Source of the DNA: Chthonomonadales bacterium
GTDB taxonomy: Bacteria; Armatimonadota; Chthonomonadetes; Chthonomonadales; CAJBBX01
Assembly (NCBI GenBank): GCA_049967475.1
Contig: JBMFSQ010000002.1
Coordinates: 32,001-96,000, forward strand
Reading direction: 5' to 3'
Length of the DNA stretch: 64,000 nucleotides
This document shows, in pieces, positions 19,581-30,600 of this stretch. Below the pieces are notes generated by a model. The model did no database searches, was not told the origin of the DNA, and saw only the letters and a program-made list of their open reading frames with translations. Each line of letters starts with the position of its first letter. Position 1 is the first letter of the stretch. The translations under genes were made by a program, and so were the position numbers.

Positions 19581-22322
19581 CTACCGCGTCACCAGGTGCG
19601 GCACGACCACTCGAGCCTGGGATCCGTCAGAGGCCGTCGCCTTCACTTCCACCAAGTACGTTCCGGCGGGTACCGCAATCCCTTTGGCGTCCCGCAGGTC
19701 CCACGTAACCTGGGTCTGCCCGGCGCCCGATGCGCGGCTGAGCAGATTGCGCACTGTAGTTCCTGTAGCACCCAGAATGCGCACCTGCACCGTAGCATCC
19801 TGTGTCGTACCGAAGGCGATCGTGGCCGCATTCCCTCCACGATGAGACACCACAGTGAGCCCTGTGATGCGTAGCGCTCCGGTGCCTCGCGGCTCTGCGG
19901 TAATCTGGAATGCCCGCGACGTCCCGCTGCCCAGGTTCACGTGCATCGAGGAGGTTTGGCGCATGGAGCGGCGCTCCCCTGTGGCCGCATCCGTTATAAA
20001 CAGCTCGTAGGACCGCGGCACGGCTGCGATACCGGGCCAGCTCACGGTGATATCCGCTCCAGGCTTCGGCGCAGTCACCACGAGGGTCCAAGTCTTGCGC
20101 GTCATCGAGGCAGACCGGATATCCTGAGCCAGGCTCACCGCACGTGACGTTCCCGATCCGTTACGCACCAGCGCCGCGCTCAACTTCCCTTGCACCGCAG
20201 GCGGTTTGGGGTAATCCATTGCGTTCAAACCGTCCGACGCTCCCGAAGCTACCCCGATCGTGTTCCACCGGTCCACGGCACCATTCCCCGAAGCGACGAT
20301 CTGCAGCGTCCACCCTGCAGCAGCGGCGCTCCGCGATTTCGCCGGAGACACTGCCACAGACCGAGCTTGCGCCGGCTTGGTTATCAGCAACGAAATGCGC
20401 GGCTTGTAGGCGAAGATCCAATAGCTCGCAAAAGGCGCCAACCCCTTGCTGAAATCCAGGTCCGGGACGTACTGCTGCTGTTGGGGATCGTAGGTCCAAA
20501 GCACCTGGGAGAGCCACTGGTGGTTGACGTCTGCCGCTTGGGCAACCGTCAGCGGCTTGAGAAAGTCCGGATCGGACGGATCGGAATTCACCACGGCCAC
20601 GTTGGAGGAATAGGCCTTGATGAGGTACGGGTTGCCGATGAGGTTCCACCCCTGGTTGAGCTTGAGCTCCGTCTGGCCCGCCGTCACCGGGTGGGAATTC
20701 TGCAGAGAGATGGTCCTGCCGCTGGCGAGGTTCAGCCAATATCCCACTCCGGGCTGGATCAGCGGAACCGCAGCATAGCTACCCATCTGACCATCCCAGC
20801 TCAGCAAAGCGAAGTCCGTGTCCGGCAGCCCCAAGGCGCTCGTGGGGGTCGGGTCATCGAAGGTGTATGGGAACGACACCATCTGCAGCCCGCCCGGCAG
20901 TGTCTGAACCGGTAATGCCGGAACAAGAATCTGCCGTGCCACCACCTTGCCCAATGAGCCTGGGGATGCCGAAAAGGCAACCGAATAGGTGAGCGTCCCG
21001 GAGGCTGTCCCGTCCGGCACGACGTCCCAGGAGAAACTAGCCTCCTGACCGGGCGCCACCGTGCCCGCCGTCTTCTTAGCCGTGTCGCCGGCCTTCAACA
21101 CGAGCCCGGGGGGCAAGCTCAACACGGCCGACACGCTGGAAAGCGCCAACGAAGCTTGGTTCTGCACAAACGCCGTCACTTTGAACGGATTGGGAGTTAG
21201 CTGCTGCCCCGGCGCTGCCGACGGATTGTAATCGAGCGTCAGGGGGCCATCTACCCCTGCTGCCATGGGGAACTCAAAGTCAATGTCTCCATGATTGCGG
21301 CCGAAGTACATCACGAAGGTTTTGGCCTCGCCCGGCAGAAATTGCCTTGGGTTGAAATACACAGCGGCCGCCGTAACCACGGAGTTTGGCTGCGAGAAGT
21401 CATAGTTCGGCAACGGCGCAGGGATCTTCTCCCACAGGTCATTCTGGGCGATATCATCGGCAATCGTATTCCCGTACCCAATCACCCAGCGGTCGGGAGC
21501 AATGAAGCCTACTCCTCGATTGAGGGGTATGTTGACGGCACCTACCGAGTTATTGTTGTTGGGCTTCACCTGGCGCCAGCCTGCCGGCACATTGGGACCC
21601 GACACATCGAAATCGGTACTCACGGCACGCCCGTCCGACAGAAACACAGGTCCCCAGGCAAACGCGTTGGGATCCTGCCCTGGAAGTTGGTAGCTGTGCG
21701 CCCAGCGGATACCCACGGTATGCATGCGCGTATCCAGGTTCGTTACCGTGAGCTTCAATCGAAGCATGTCGTGGATCAGCGCCATCTCAGAATCCACGCG
21801 AATGCGGGGGATCGGATTGGTAGCCACGCCTCCAGGGAGCGTCTCCCATTGAGCGATCATCTTGTCTCCGTTGAGAAACGGAGGCCGCGTCCAGTCACTT
21901 TCATCCGTCTTGCCGAACACCCCTTTGTCCCCGAAGATGAGGTCCCAGCCCCCGCGCGTACCGCTGGTGTCCACGCCGCCGGTGGGAAGCTTCGGCCAGC
22001 CGCCGTCTATCCGAACCGTAACGTAGCTCCCCATCGTATTGATGCCCACGTCGGTCTTGTAAGGGGGAAGCAGCAGATAGTCCGGTACGACACCGCCCGT
22101 CGCACCCGTGGCTGTCAGGTCAATGAGAATGATACGGCCAGCGATGTTCTCACCGTTAAGCTGATCTTTCCAGCCCATGGTCGCCTGGAGGTAGTTGTTC
22201 TCCAACGGCGGAGCTCCCCACGTCTGCGCACTTGCCGGCGCAACGACCGCTCCAGCCAGAACGACTACGATCCCAGGCAGACACCGGCGCAACCAATCAG
22301 CAGCCAGTCTCTTCCACCACAT
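19581..22322 (-). CDS. Large exported protein (beta-sandwich + NEW3-like Ig) with shared C-terminal module and FlgD-like Ig
   Basis: GGAGG RBS before ATG 22322, signal peptide ending ASA|Q; LTPNPFKVTA..LSLPPGL; GWNLIGNPY; ends WDLRDAKG..VPAGTYLVEV..PHLVTR. Confidence 0.75.
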   Translation of the reverse strand: MWWKRLAADWLRRCLPGIVVVLAGAVVAPASAQTWGAPPLENNYLQATMGWKDQLNGENIAGRIILIDLTATGATGGVVPDYLLLPPYKTDVGINTMGSYVTVRIDGGWPKLPTGGVDTSGTRGGWDLIFGDKGVFGKTDESDWTRPPFLNGDKMIAQWETLPGGVATNPIPRIRVDSEMALIHDMLRLKLTVTNLDTRMHTVGIRWAHSYQLPGQDPNAFAWGPVFLSDGRAVSTDFDVSGPNVPAGWRQVKPNNNNSVGAVNIPLNRGVGFIAPDRWVIGYGNTIADDIAQNDLWEKIPAPLPNYDFSQPNSVVTAAAVYFNPRQFLPGEAKTFVMYFGRNHGDIDFEFPMAAGVDGPLTLDYNPSAAPGQQLTPNPFKVTAFVQNQASLALSSVSAVLSLPPGLVLKAGDTAKKTAGTVAPGQEASFSWDVVPDGTASGTLTYSVAFSASPGSLGKVVARQILVPALPVQTLPGGLQMVSFPYTFDDPTPTSALGLPDTDFALLSWDGQMGSYAAVPLIQPGVGYWLNLASGRTISLQNSHPVTAGQTELKLNQGWNLIGNPYLIKAYSSNVAVVNSDPSDPDFLKPLTVAQAADVNHQWLSQVLWTYDPQQQQYVPDLDFSKGLAPFASYWIFAYKPRISLLITKPAQARSVAVSPAKSRSAAAAGWTLQIVASGNGAVDRWNTIGVASGASDGLNAMDYPKPPAVQGKLSAALVRNGSGTSRAVSLAQDIRSASMTRKTWTLVVTAPKPGADITVSWPGIAAVPRSYELFITDAATGERRSMRQTSSMHVNLGSGTSRAFQITAEPRGTGALRITGLTVVSHRGGNAATIAFGTTQDATVQVRILGATGTTVRNLLSRASGAGQTQVTWDLRDAKGIAVPAGTYLVEVKATASDGSQARVVVPHLVTR

Positions 22323-22440
22323 TACTCGCTTCCTCCCTGTTGTTCCACGGGGCGAACAGCTCAATGTTCGTGCCATATCCGCCATAGTGCCCATCTCACT
22401 CTCATGCAGCCGGCTCCGCAAGATCGGCAACCCTTCCTGT

Positions 22441-22479
22441 GTCGAAGCCGGTGCACACCAACCAGACCGCCGCCTCGAC
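22441..22479 (-). other. Intergenic stem-loop immediately after S8 peptidase gene
   Basis: Minus-strand RNA GUCGAGGC...GCUUCGAC pairs (with a G-U); imperfect. Confidence 0.4.
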
Positions 22480-22481
22480 CC

Positions 22482-25400
22482 CTAGCGCAATACCGCGAAG
22501 GGCTGGATCGCCCGGATGGCGTCGCCGTCAGGACCGACCGCCCGAACCTGAATGATGTACGTTCCCGCAGGCACACTTCGACCGGCGCTGTCCTTGCCGT
22601 TCCAGATCAGATGGACGTCCCCGGCTCCAGCCGCGCGGGACGCGATCGTGCCCAGAGACTGCCCGGTGGCGCTCAGTATCTTCACTTCGTACGTAGCATC
22701 TCCCGACAGAGTAAACCCTATGGCGGTTACGCCCGATGCCCTGCCGCCTGCCGGCCGAACCGTTAAATTGCTGATGCGCACCACCGAACCGCTTGCGGGC
22801 TGGGCCGTGATCACGAAGCGCCGGGACACCGCAGCATCGCCGGAATTGAACGTCACCGATGCCCGCGTCCGCATATCCACCGTTTCGCCAGTCGCCTCAT
22901 CCTTGAGCAGCAATTTGACGTTCCTCGGGACACGATACCCGCCATCCCAGCTTAAGGTGACTGCAGTGTTCTTTTGATCCGTAGACACTGCAATCTCCCA
23001 TGACTGAACGCCGGCCCGGGGCCGCAAGTCCTGCGCATACACTCCAGAGCGCCCACCCCAGTCGGTGTGTACGATGCCCAAGGACACGTAGGGCGCCACC
23101 ATAGGCGGCTTGGGAACCTTGGTAAGGTCGTAGCCTGCAGCAGCCCGCGACGACGTCCCGATAAAGTTATAGGTGTCCCTCAGTCCATTCGCTGTTGCAG
23201 ACAGCCTGAGCGTCCAGCCATCGGTTGTGACTGCCGCCCGATTGGACACCGTCGCCGCCCGCGTGAGCTGCGCCGGCGGTATCACCAGCGCGATATCCGC
23301 CTTACTCGTAACCCCTATCCAATGCCCGCTCCATGCATTGATCACACCGCCCGGCAAGGTGCCGAACGTGTATCCGTTCACCCCGTCGTACGAGTAAATG
23401 TTGGGCAGCAGGTATCCCTTCTCCACGGCCGTGCCGATGCCGAGGCGGCCCTCGGGAGTGTCCACCAACACCGAAGCGAAGGGAACGTCAAATGGGAAGG
23501 GGTCGCCGATCATATTCCAACTGACAAAGCGCGCATCGCCGGATCCGTTGCCCTTCAACGAAATCACGAAGGGTTTGTCCATCACCGGTGTGCCTTTGGT
23601 TAGGATCGGCTTCGTCGTGTCCGAAATACTCCAGTATCCTATGCCGAGCGGAGCCCGCGACGAATTATCCCCGTCCTGGTGCACCTGTACATCCGGCGGA
23701 TTGAAGGATGCGCCGGGATCCTGAGTTCCCCCTGCAGTATAGAAAACGTACTTGTTCTGGTCCGGAACCCAGCGGGCGAGCGTGAAGCCCGTTCCGAAAT
23801 AATACTCCGGCGTCACACCCGCCTGGAAGTAAGGTATGGAAACCAGCGACCGGCCCTGGAGAACTTGGTGCGGGTCCACATTGATAAATTGTGTTACGGT
23901 AGCTGTGCGCGGGGGCGGACCCGGGTTCACTCCAGACGCCACCAACTTGTGCACGCCCGGCGCCAAATCGTGGGAGATCACCACATCGTAACGCGTAGGG
24001 ATTACGTTGCCGTTCTGATCCGTAATGGTAGAAATCACGTTTGTGATTGTGTAATCCGTTACCGGGTTCCCGTCCAGCGTGATGGTTAGGTTCGCCGGGG
24101 TAATCTGCCGGATCTGCAGCCGGATGTTCGGATGGAGCGTCTCTACCGGATTGTTGAGGCCCCCGATGGCTCCCGTGTCCAGCACGGTTATGGAGACTGC
24201 CACCCGCAGGAGCGCCTGGTAGGCATCAATGACGCCATAGCCGTATTGATCGTTGGGCACCTGCAGTCCCAATGTGTCGGCCGTGGCGATCAACGCCGGC
24301 TTGATGTCGCTGGGCAAGACGCCTGGTACGGAAAGCATCAGCGCCACCACTCCAGCGGCTGCGGGCGCTGCCATAGACGTACCTTGCTCCGTACCGTACG
24401 ACCCGTTGGCCACCGGAAGCGTACTAAGGATCTGCGCCTTTGGGTTGGAGAACGAGGGGTCGTCGCCTCCAGGCGCCGTAATCGTCGTGTAGAACAGAGC
24501 GCTGGAGTAGAAGGCATGTTCCTTGTTCGGGCCGCAAGAGGCAACACACAGAATATTGTCGCTCAACTGGGCCAACAATGCCGGCCAGATGGGCGGGTTC
24601 CCCGTGTCGAACGAGTTGCCGGCCGAGATCGTGAAGATGATACCCTTGGCTGCCATTGCCAAGATCAGCGACGTCGCCGGATCGGTTGGATCCGGAACAG
24701 CAGTCGGGCGTTCCCCTCCCAGGGACATGTTCACGACCTGTACGTTGTTCTTGTCCGCAAACTGAAGGGCCGCAATCAAACCGGTATCAGTAATGGAGGC
24801 GTCGCCGGCCTTGATGGGCAGCACCATCACGTTCTGCCAGGTTACACCCGCGACGCCCACATTGTTGTTTGTCGCCGCTGCGATGATGCCGATGACGTGG
24901 GTTCCATGAGGAACCGGATCCGTAAGGTCATTGGGGTTCCCGCCAGGGGTTGTGTTTATGCCCGGCAAGAGCCTTCCCTGCAGATCCGGGTGGTTCACGT
25001 CCACACCCGAGTCGATGACCGCAACGGTTACTTTCGAGGAACCCTTCTCAATGTCCCACGCCTTGGGCATGTTCATCAACGGCAGGTGCCACTGCTCAGG
25101 ATAGCGCGGATCGTTGGGGATCGAATCCAGGAGATAGGAGAGGTGGTTCACGCCGGCATAAACTACCCGCGGATCCTGCTTCAACGTGTTGACGGCGTTG
25201 AGCGTGTCGGCATCTGGAACGGCGTTGCCGGCGATGCGCAGCCAATACGTGTCACGCGACCCCGCAGCGTCCAAGGCGCCGAAGGATTTCACCACCGTAG
25301 CGTTGACGGACTTGGCAATGTCGGCCACCGTCGCCGGAGCAGTCCCATGCGCAACGGACACCAACAGTTCCCCGGCGACGAACGCACGCTTCGGCCCCCC

Positions 25401-25490
25401 GCCATCCCCGGATGCTGGTCCCCCGCAGATGGCGATGACCACCATCGCTGCTAGCCCCCACGCCGCCACGGCCCGCAACGTTTTGCTCAT
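22482..25490 (-). CDS. Exported S8 (subtilisin-like) peptidase with shared C-terminal module and FlgD-like Ig
   Basis: Signal and propeptide; catalytic triad VAVIDSG / HGTHV / GTSMAAP; WNMIGDPF; ends WNGKDSAG..VPAGTYII..PFAVLR. Confidence 0.9.
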   Translation of the reverse strand: MSKTLRAVAAWGLAAMVVIAICGGPASGDGGGPKRAFVAGELLVSVAHGTAPATVADIAKSVNATVVKSFGALDAAGSRDTYWLRIAGNAVPDADTLNAVNTLKQDPRVVYAGVNHLSYLLDSIPNDPRYPEQWHLPLMNMPKAWDIEKGSSKVTVAVIDSGVDVNHPDLQGRLLPGINTTPGGNPNDLTDPVPHGTHVIGIIAAATNNNVGVAGVTWQNVMVLPIKAGDASITDTGLIAALQFADKNNVQVVNMSLGGERPTAVPDPTDPATSLILAMAAKGIIFTISAGNSFDTGNPPIWPALLAQLSDNILCVASCGPNKEHAFYSSALFYTTITAPGGDDPSFSNPKAQILSTLPVANGSYGTEQGTSMAAPAAAGVVALMLSVPGVLPSDIKPALIATADTLGLQVPNDQYGYGVIDAYQALLRVAVSITVLDTGAIGGLNNPVETLHPNIRLQIRQITPANLTITLDGNPVTDYTITNVISTITDQNGNVIPTRYDVVISHDLAPGVHKLVASGVNPGPPPRTATVTQFINVDPHQVLQGRSLVSIPYFQAGVTPEYYFGTGFTLARWVPDQNKYVFYTAGGTQDPGASFNPPDVQVHQDGDNSSRAPLGIGYWSISDTTKPILTKGTPVMDKPFVISLKGNGSGDARFVSWNMIGDPFPFDVPFASVLVDTPEGRLGIGTAVEKGYLLPNIYSYDGVNGYTFGTLPGGVINAWSGHWIGVTSKADIALVIPPAQLTRAATVSNRAAVTTDGWTLRLSATANGLRDTYNFIGTSSRAAAGYDLTKVPKPPMVAPYVSLGIVHTDWGGRSGVYAQDLRPRAGVQSWEIAVSTDQKNTAVTLSWDGGYRVPRNVKLLLKDEATGETVDMRTRASVTFNSGDAAVSRRFVITAQPASGSVVRISNLTVRPAGGRASGVTAIGFTLSGDATYEVKILSATGQSLGTIASRAAGAGDVHLIWNGKDSAGRSVPAGTYIIQVRAVGPDGDAIRAIQPFAVLR

Positions 25491-25559
25491 CGTTTCGCTC
25501 CTCTTCCTATGTTCCTGAAAGGATCCCCTGCTCCATAACCTAGGGCAACCACCGCCCAA

Positions 25560-27506
25560 CTACGGGGGTGGCGGCGGCAGCGGAGCCGGCGAAAAGGCCC
25601 GCGGCAACGAGTAGATGAACCGGAACGTGTTATCCGTAACCGTATGATTACCGGTCATCCAATCCACGGGACCAGGCCGATCCCCGCTATTGCGGGCCCC
25701 GATCCTCCAATACACTACCGGCGTGGCAGCTCCGGGCACACGGTTGACGAAGTTGGCGAATACGGGATCCCGCAGCAATACCGCATCCCTAGTGAGATCC
25801 GGCGCTCTGAAAATCTGCGCCACGCCATCTGCTTGGGGAGCCGTGGAGAACACCTGGAACCGCTCGATGAGGTTCCGGTTCTTGAACGTCCGATCCGTGG
25901 ACACTTCCACCTGAAACACATCGGCGCCATTCCGGCTCTGCCATTGGAACACGACGTTGCGCAGATCCACATTCAGCGCCTGATCCAGCGGACTGGAGAG
26001 AAGTGGGATATTCACCGGGGTAGCGGGGCCCGACGTAACTTGGCTCGTCTCGATATCCTGGGTGCCGGTAGTAGTGCCCGTACCACCACCGCCACCAACG
26101 CCACCGCCGCCGGTCCCCTGGTTGCTGCCGCCAATCGGTCTCCGGATTACCGACGTAATCTGATATTGATAGGTATTGCCTGTTACCGGGAAGCCGGTCA
26201 CGGCTCCCGCCGCTGGCGTCTTAGCCGAAGCCGTAGTCCCGCCCGTGCCGCCACCGCCCGTGCCGTTACCGGTTGTAGGCACTCCCGGCTGGAGGAAGCT
26301 TCGCGTTCCATCCCAGAAGCTAAAGGGGGCCGGCTGATCCGTGTAGGTGAAGGTCACCTGGGGCAGTGCTGCAACAGGCGTGCCCGTGTAATTGAACGGG
26401 TCGTCCGGCGTGCGCCAAACGTGGTACTCCAACGTCTGGAGGCTGTTGCCGAACATGTTATCCCGCCACACGATGCGCACCGCCGGGCCGTTGTTCACCA
26501 AAGTGGGTTCTGCTACTACGCCGGTGACGCTGGAGCTGCCACCCTTAGCAGCCGTCGCCAACACGACGCCAGCCACGAGCACCATCAACACCTTGCCCAA
26601 TGCGCTCATGGACGCCCCGCGGTGAACCGGCTTCGCGCGAGTAACCTCAAAATGCGCCGTGAATTCCGGCATCGGGAAAACGGCCCGAACCTTGTCCTCC
26701 GGGCGGATGCCGAGGCCGATATCCACTACCTTGGCTTCCGAATCCGTCGGAAACACATTCGTCGCCTCGATGCGGCCTACCCGCTGGCGATCCCGAAGGA
26801 CGATGAACTGCATCCCGGGCTGAACGCCATCGCGGGAACCGCGGTTGATGATGATCTGAAGCGAGCCGCCGGTGTTGCTGCCCACAGTGCTCAGGATCGT
26901 CCCTTCCGGCAATACATTGGCAAGGATCTGCCGCACCCCCGCGATGGCCGCGTTGTTGGTGGCCTCTTGCGCAAGAGACGCCATGTCACTAAGGCCAGGC
27001 CGCGCACGCGCCTCTCCGATCTGAGCCGCCCCGTTGATCAGGTCGCCGGAACTCGCCTCGCTGATCCGGATGGTGAGCCCTACCTTCACCGAGTGAGGAG
27101 TGGATTTGGTGTCCTCCCGAACGAAGGCGATGGACCCATCCACGATGGCCGACGCCCCAAGCTGCATAGCCAGCTTGCTTCGAGCAATCTGATCGTAGGG
27201 TGCGTGTAGACCCAGCTCCGCAGCCTGCCTCGTGACCTCATCACGTTTGAGGACCTCGAAGCGACCGGAATTCGCAAGCTCCACCGCCACCGCGTCCGTT
27301 GCGAGGCGTGCGAGCGAATCGTACGCAGAGCCGGCCTTATTGGTAAAGTCAATCACGATAACGGTCTGGACCCCGCCGGATTGGGTGCTGCCCTGCGCGT
27401 GCGCAGAAACCGGCACGGCGATGCTGCTGAAGATCGGAGCGACCATCGCAGCGGTCAGCAGCCAGGTCAGGATCCGGGCGGCCCTGCTTTTCCTGATCCG
27501 TTTCAC
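25560..27506 (-). CDS. Exported CsgG-like + FlgT_C-like protein with internal hydrophobic helix and FN3-like C-terminal part
   Basis: VIVIDFTN..LATDAVAVELANSGRFEVLKR; IINRGSRDGVQPGMQF..GRIEAT..SEAKV; LGKVLMVLVAGVVLATAA; GGAGG RBS with GTG start. Confidence 0.65.
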   Translation of the reverse strand: MKRIRKSRAARILTWLLTAAMVAPIFSSIAVPVSAHAQGSTQSGGVQTVIVIDFTNKAGSAYDSLARLATDAVAVELANSGRFEVLKRDEVTRQAAELGLHAPYDQIARSKLAMQLGASAIVDGSIAFVREDTKSTPHSVKVGLTIRISEASSGDLINGAAQIGEARARPGLSDMASLAQEATNNAAIAGVRQILANVLPEGTILSTVGSNTGGSLQIIINRGSRDGVQPGMQFIVLRDRQRVGRIEATNVFPTDSEAKVVDIGLGIRPEDKVRAVFPMPEFTAHFEVTRAKPVHRGASMSALGKVLMVLVAGVVLATAAKGGSSSVTGVVAEPTLVNNGPAVRIVWRDNMFGNSLQTLEYHVWRTPDDPFNYTGTPVAALPQVTFTYTDQPAPFSFWDGTRSFLQPGVPTTGNGTGGGGTGGTTASAKTPAAGAVTGFPVTGNTYQYQITSVIRRPIGGSNQGTGGGGVGGGGGTGTTTGTQDIETSQVTSGPATPVNIPLLSSPLDQALNVDLRNVVFQWQSRNGADVFQVEVSTDRTFKNRNLIERFQVFSTAPQADGVAQIFRAPDLTRDAVLLRDPVFANFVNRVPGAATPVVYWRIGARNSGDRPGPVDWMTGNHTVTDNTFRFIYSLPRAFSPAPLPPPPP

Positions 27507-27629
27507 TCTGAGAGTTCCTCCCTGGATGACGATATTACGGCAAACCTCGCTCGATGCTGATCGCAGCCCAGGCCGTGCTGTATGCGCATGTCCTCATCAC
27601 CTGAGACCAACGATCACCATGCTTCCTTT

Positions 27630-27670
27630 TGGGAGGCTCCGCACTCCAGCCTGCCGTCCGGAGCCTCCCA
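27630..27670 (-). other. Intergenic stem-loop immediately after the 1871-aa gene
   Basis: TGGGAGGCTCCG ... CGGAGCCTCCCA perfect 12-bp stem; followed by As, not Us, on the coding strand. Confidence 0.65.
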
Positions 27671-27678
27671 CGGAACCT

Positions 27679-30600
27679 TTACCGAGTTACCAGTATCGGC
27701 TGGACCACCCTTGCCGCTTGATGGCCCTGCAAAGACTGGGCTCGTATCTCTACGGTGTATACGCCGGCAGGTAGAGCGATCCCCTGCTCGCTCTTCAGAT
27801 CCCAAATCACCTCGTTGATACCGGCAGCTCGGCTGGTACCTGTGGTCAGCGTGCGCACCGCCGCACCCGACGCATTCAGGATGCGAACCTGCACATCCGC
27901 AGGAGCGCTCAGGCTGAAGGCGATGGACACCCCTGCCGAACGCCCGGGCTGCATCCGAGCCGCGACGTTCGTGATTACCAACTGGTTGCGCGTGGCAGGC
28001 ACGGCATCCACCCGGAACGTCCGAGTAAGGGACGATGTGCCCGTAGCCCACGAGTACGAGCTCGTGCTCCGCATATCGCGCACCTCGCCTGTGGCCAGGT
28101 CTGTGAGCGTAAGCATCACCGAGCGGCCCACCGTGGCGATATTCGGCCAGGAAATCACAGCCCTGCTGTTCCTGACGGTGGTTTGCACCGTGAACTCCCA
28201 GGACTTCGCACCCGGCGACGCAGAGCGAACATCTACGCCATAGGGACCCGACTTATCGCCCCAGTTCTTGTGGTCGAAGCTCACATACACGTAATCGGAT
28301 CCGAATACCGGCGGCTTGGGCGCCTTGAAGCCGTCGAAGCCATCCGCCGCCCGACTGCTCACGCCCAGGTAGTTATCCTGATCCGCCAGATTGCCCACCT
28401 GCGCCTGTATGTTCAAGCTCCAGCCTGATCCACCGCCCAGTACAGCCCGCGAGTTGCCGCCCTTCACAGACGCGGCCCGGCCGTACACGTCGTTCACGGG
28501 ATCCACCACCAACGTTACATCCTTGTACGCCCGCACCCAATATCCCTTCCACGGGGAGAGCTTGAAGTCCAGCACGTACCCGCCCGCCACGAAGCTGTAG
28601 AGGGCAGGACCAACGAGGCCGGCGGCTACAGCTTGGTCATGCGGGTAGAGCGTACCGCTGAACAGGACTTGTACTTTCGTCCAATCAATATCCAGCGCGA
28701 AGGGATCGCCGATGAGGTTCCATCCCGTTACGAGCGGAATGTTGAACGGCTGCGTCGGATCGGCTGCTGTACCCGGCGTGGTAAGCGGCAAGTTCCGCTT
28801 GTACGCCATGAAGTACCCTCGACCCAACTGGAAGTTCTGTGCGACGCCCGCCGGATAGAAGACATACGCCCCTTGGTTCCAGGTAGCCAGACGGAATACC
28901 CCTGCTTGGGCGTCGCCGGGATCCACACCCAGCAACGTTGCCGTATCCACGGTATACCCGTAAGGCGCCGACACCAGCGACAAAGCTCCTACGAATGTGT
29001 GCAACGGATCCATCTGGAAGTTCACGTTCGTAGATGCCTGGCTGCTCTGAACGGCCACACTCCGGCTTGCGGGGCTGGGAGTGTAACCCGCCAGGTTTGC
29101 CTTAACCGTATACGTAATGCCCGCAGGCACACTGGTGAAGCTGTAATTGGCCTGCGACCCATCGGGAGCCGTAGTGGCAGGTGCAAACGTCGTCGTTGTG
29201 GCCACCGTATTGCCTGCAGCATCCAAGAGCGTTATCGTGACGCCGGCGAGGGTCGCGCCGTCACTCGTGCGCGTTACGAGGCCGTAAACAGATCCCGGCG
29301 GAACTCGGTTCAGCACGATCACAGGAGCGGTAACTGTGGTGTTCGTAACGACGTTTACGGACACCTGAGCCGACCCGTACCCCGCGGCACTGCCCGTAAA
29401 CACCCACGCACCAGGATCGAGGCCATTGATCGTGTAATTGCCGTTGTTGTCCGTCGTGGCAGTAAACGACTGGCTCCCGCTTGTGGCCGTCACTAAGGCG
29501 TTCGGAATGCCTGCATTCGTGGCTCCGTCTACCACCTGCCCCGTCACATTGCCCGGTATCGCCTTCATCTTGAAATCGAACTTGATGTAGGCTTTTGCCG
29601 GTTGTACTACCGTGTCCCGCTGAGTAGTAATCGGGTCATTGGGATCGGGAAGCGGTCGCGATGCCGGCACGCTGGATCCGAACCCCGTGGCTGTAGCCGT
29701 TACGGTATAGGTAGTGCCCGCTCGCACGCGGCTGATGGTATAGGTGCCGTCGGATGCGGTGGTGGCGCTGAGCACGTGTGTGGGATCCAGGTTATCCGTA
29801 GCCGTTACGGTTGCGCCCACAACCGGAGTGGTGCCGTCCATCTGGGTAACGGTACCCGAGAGGATGGCATCTGCAGCCAGCGTCATCCTGAAGCTGATGT
29901 CCGTCCTGAAGCCGCCGTGCAACACCACTAACGGCCGCCTCTGCATTTGGAAGCCGGCCTTGGCGGCGCTCACCTCGTAAACGTCGGGCTCCACGCCATT
30001 GATGGCAAAGGTGCCGTCCGCCGCTGTTATGGCTGTGTACGCGGTAACAGGGTTCCCCTGGGCGTTCACCTGGTTGCTCAGCCGCACGAGGGCGCCTGCG
30101 ACGGGGTTGCCTGCCTCGACATCCAGAACGGTCCCGGTGACGCTGCCGGTGCGCAGCCAGCACGCCGCATTGTGAAGAATCTCCGTACGCCGGTTCTTCA
30201 AGGCCATGACGTTCTGCGTGTTGGGCGGATTGAAGAAGTCCGGGAAGAGCCCCTCGATGCCCATGCTGTCATACACGACCTTGCTGTTGGCCGTCGTGTC
30301 CGCGTAGTGCATCAGGGCCGTGCCGCCGCCGCCATACGTCATGTCCGACACGCCGCCGGCCGCCGGGGTAATTACATCCGGGAACTGAACTCCGGGGCAC
30401 CCATAAAGACGCGGCGTGTTGGGATCCGTGCCGCCCACGAGGAACTCGCCTTCGTTGGAGATGAAGTCCATCGTCAGCGGGGGATCAGGCGGACCAGGCC
30501 ATTGGTGGTGCCTGTTGGGCACCGCCTTGGGCTTGTACCAGGGATCGTGCGTAATGGGATTATAAGCGCCTGCAGATGTAAGCCCGTACGCGGCGTTAAA

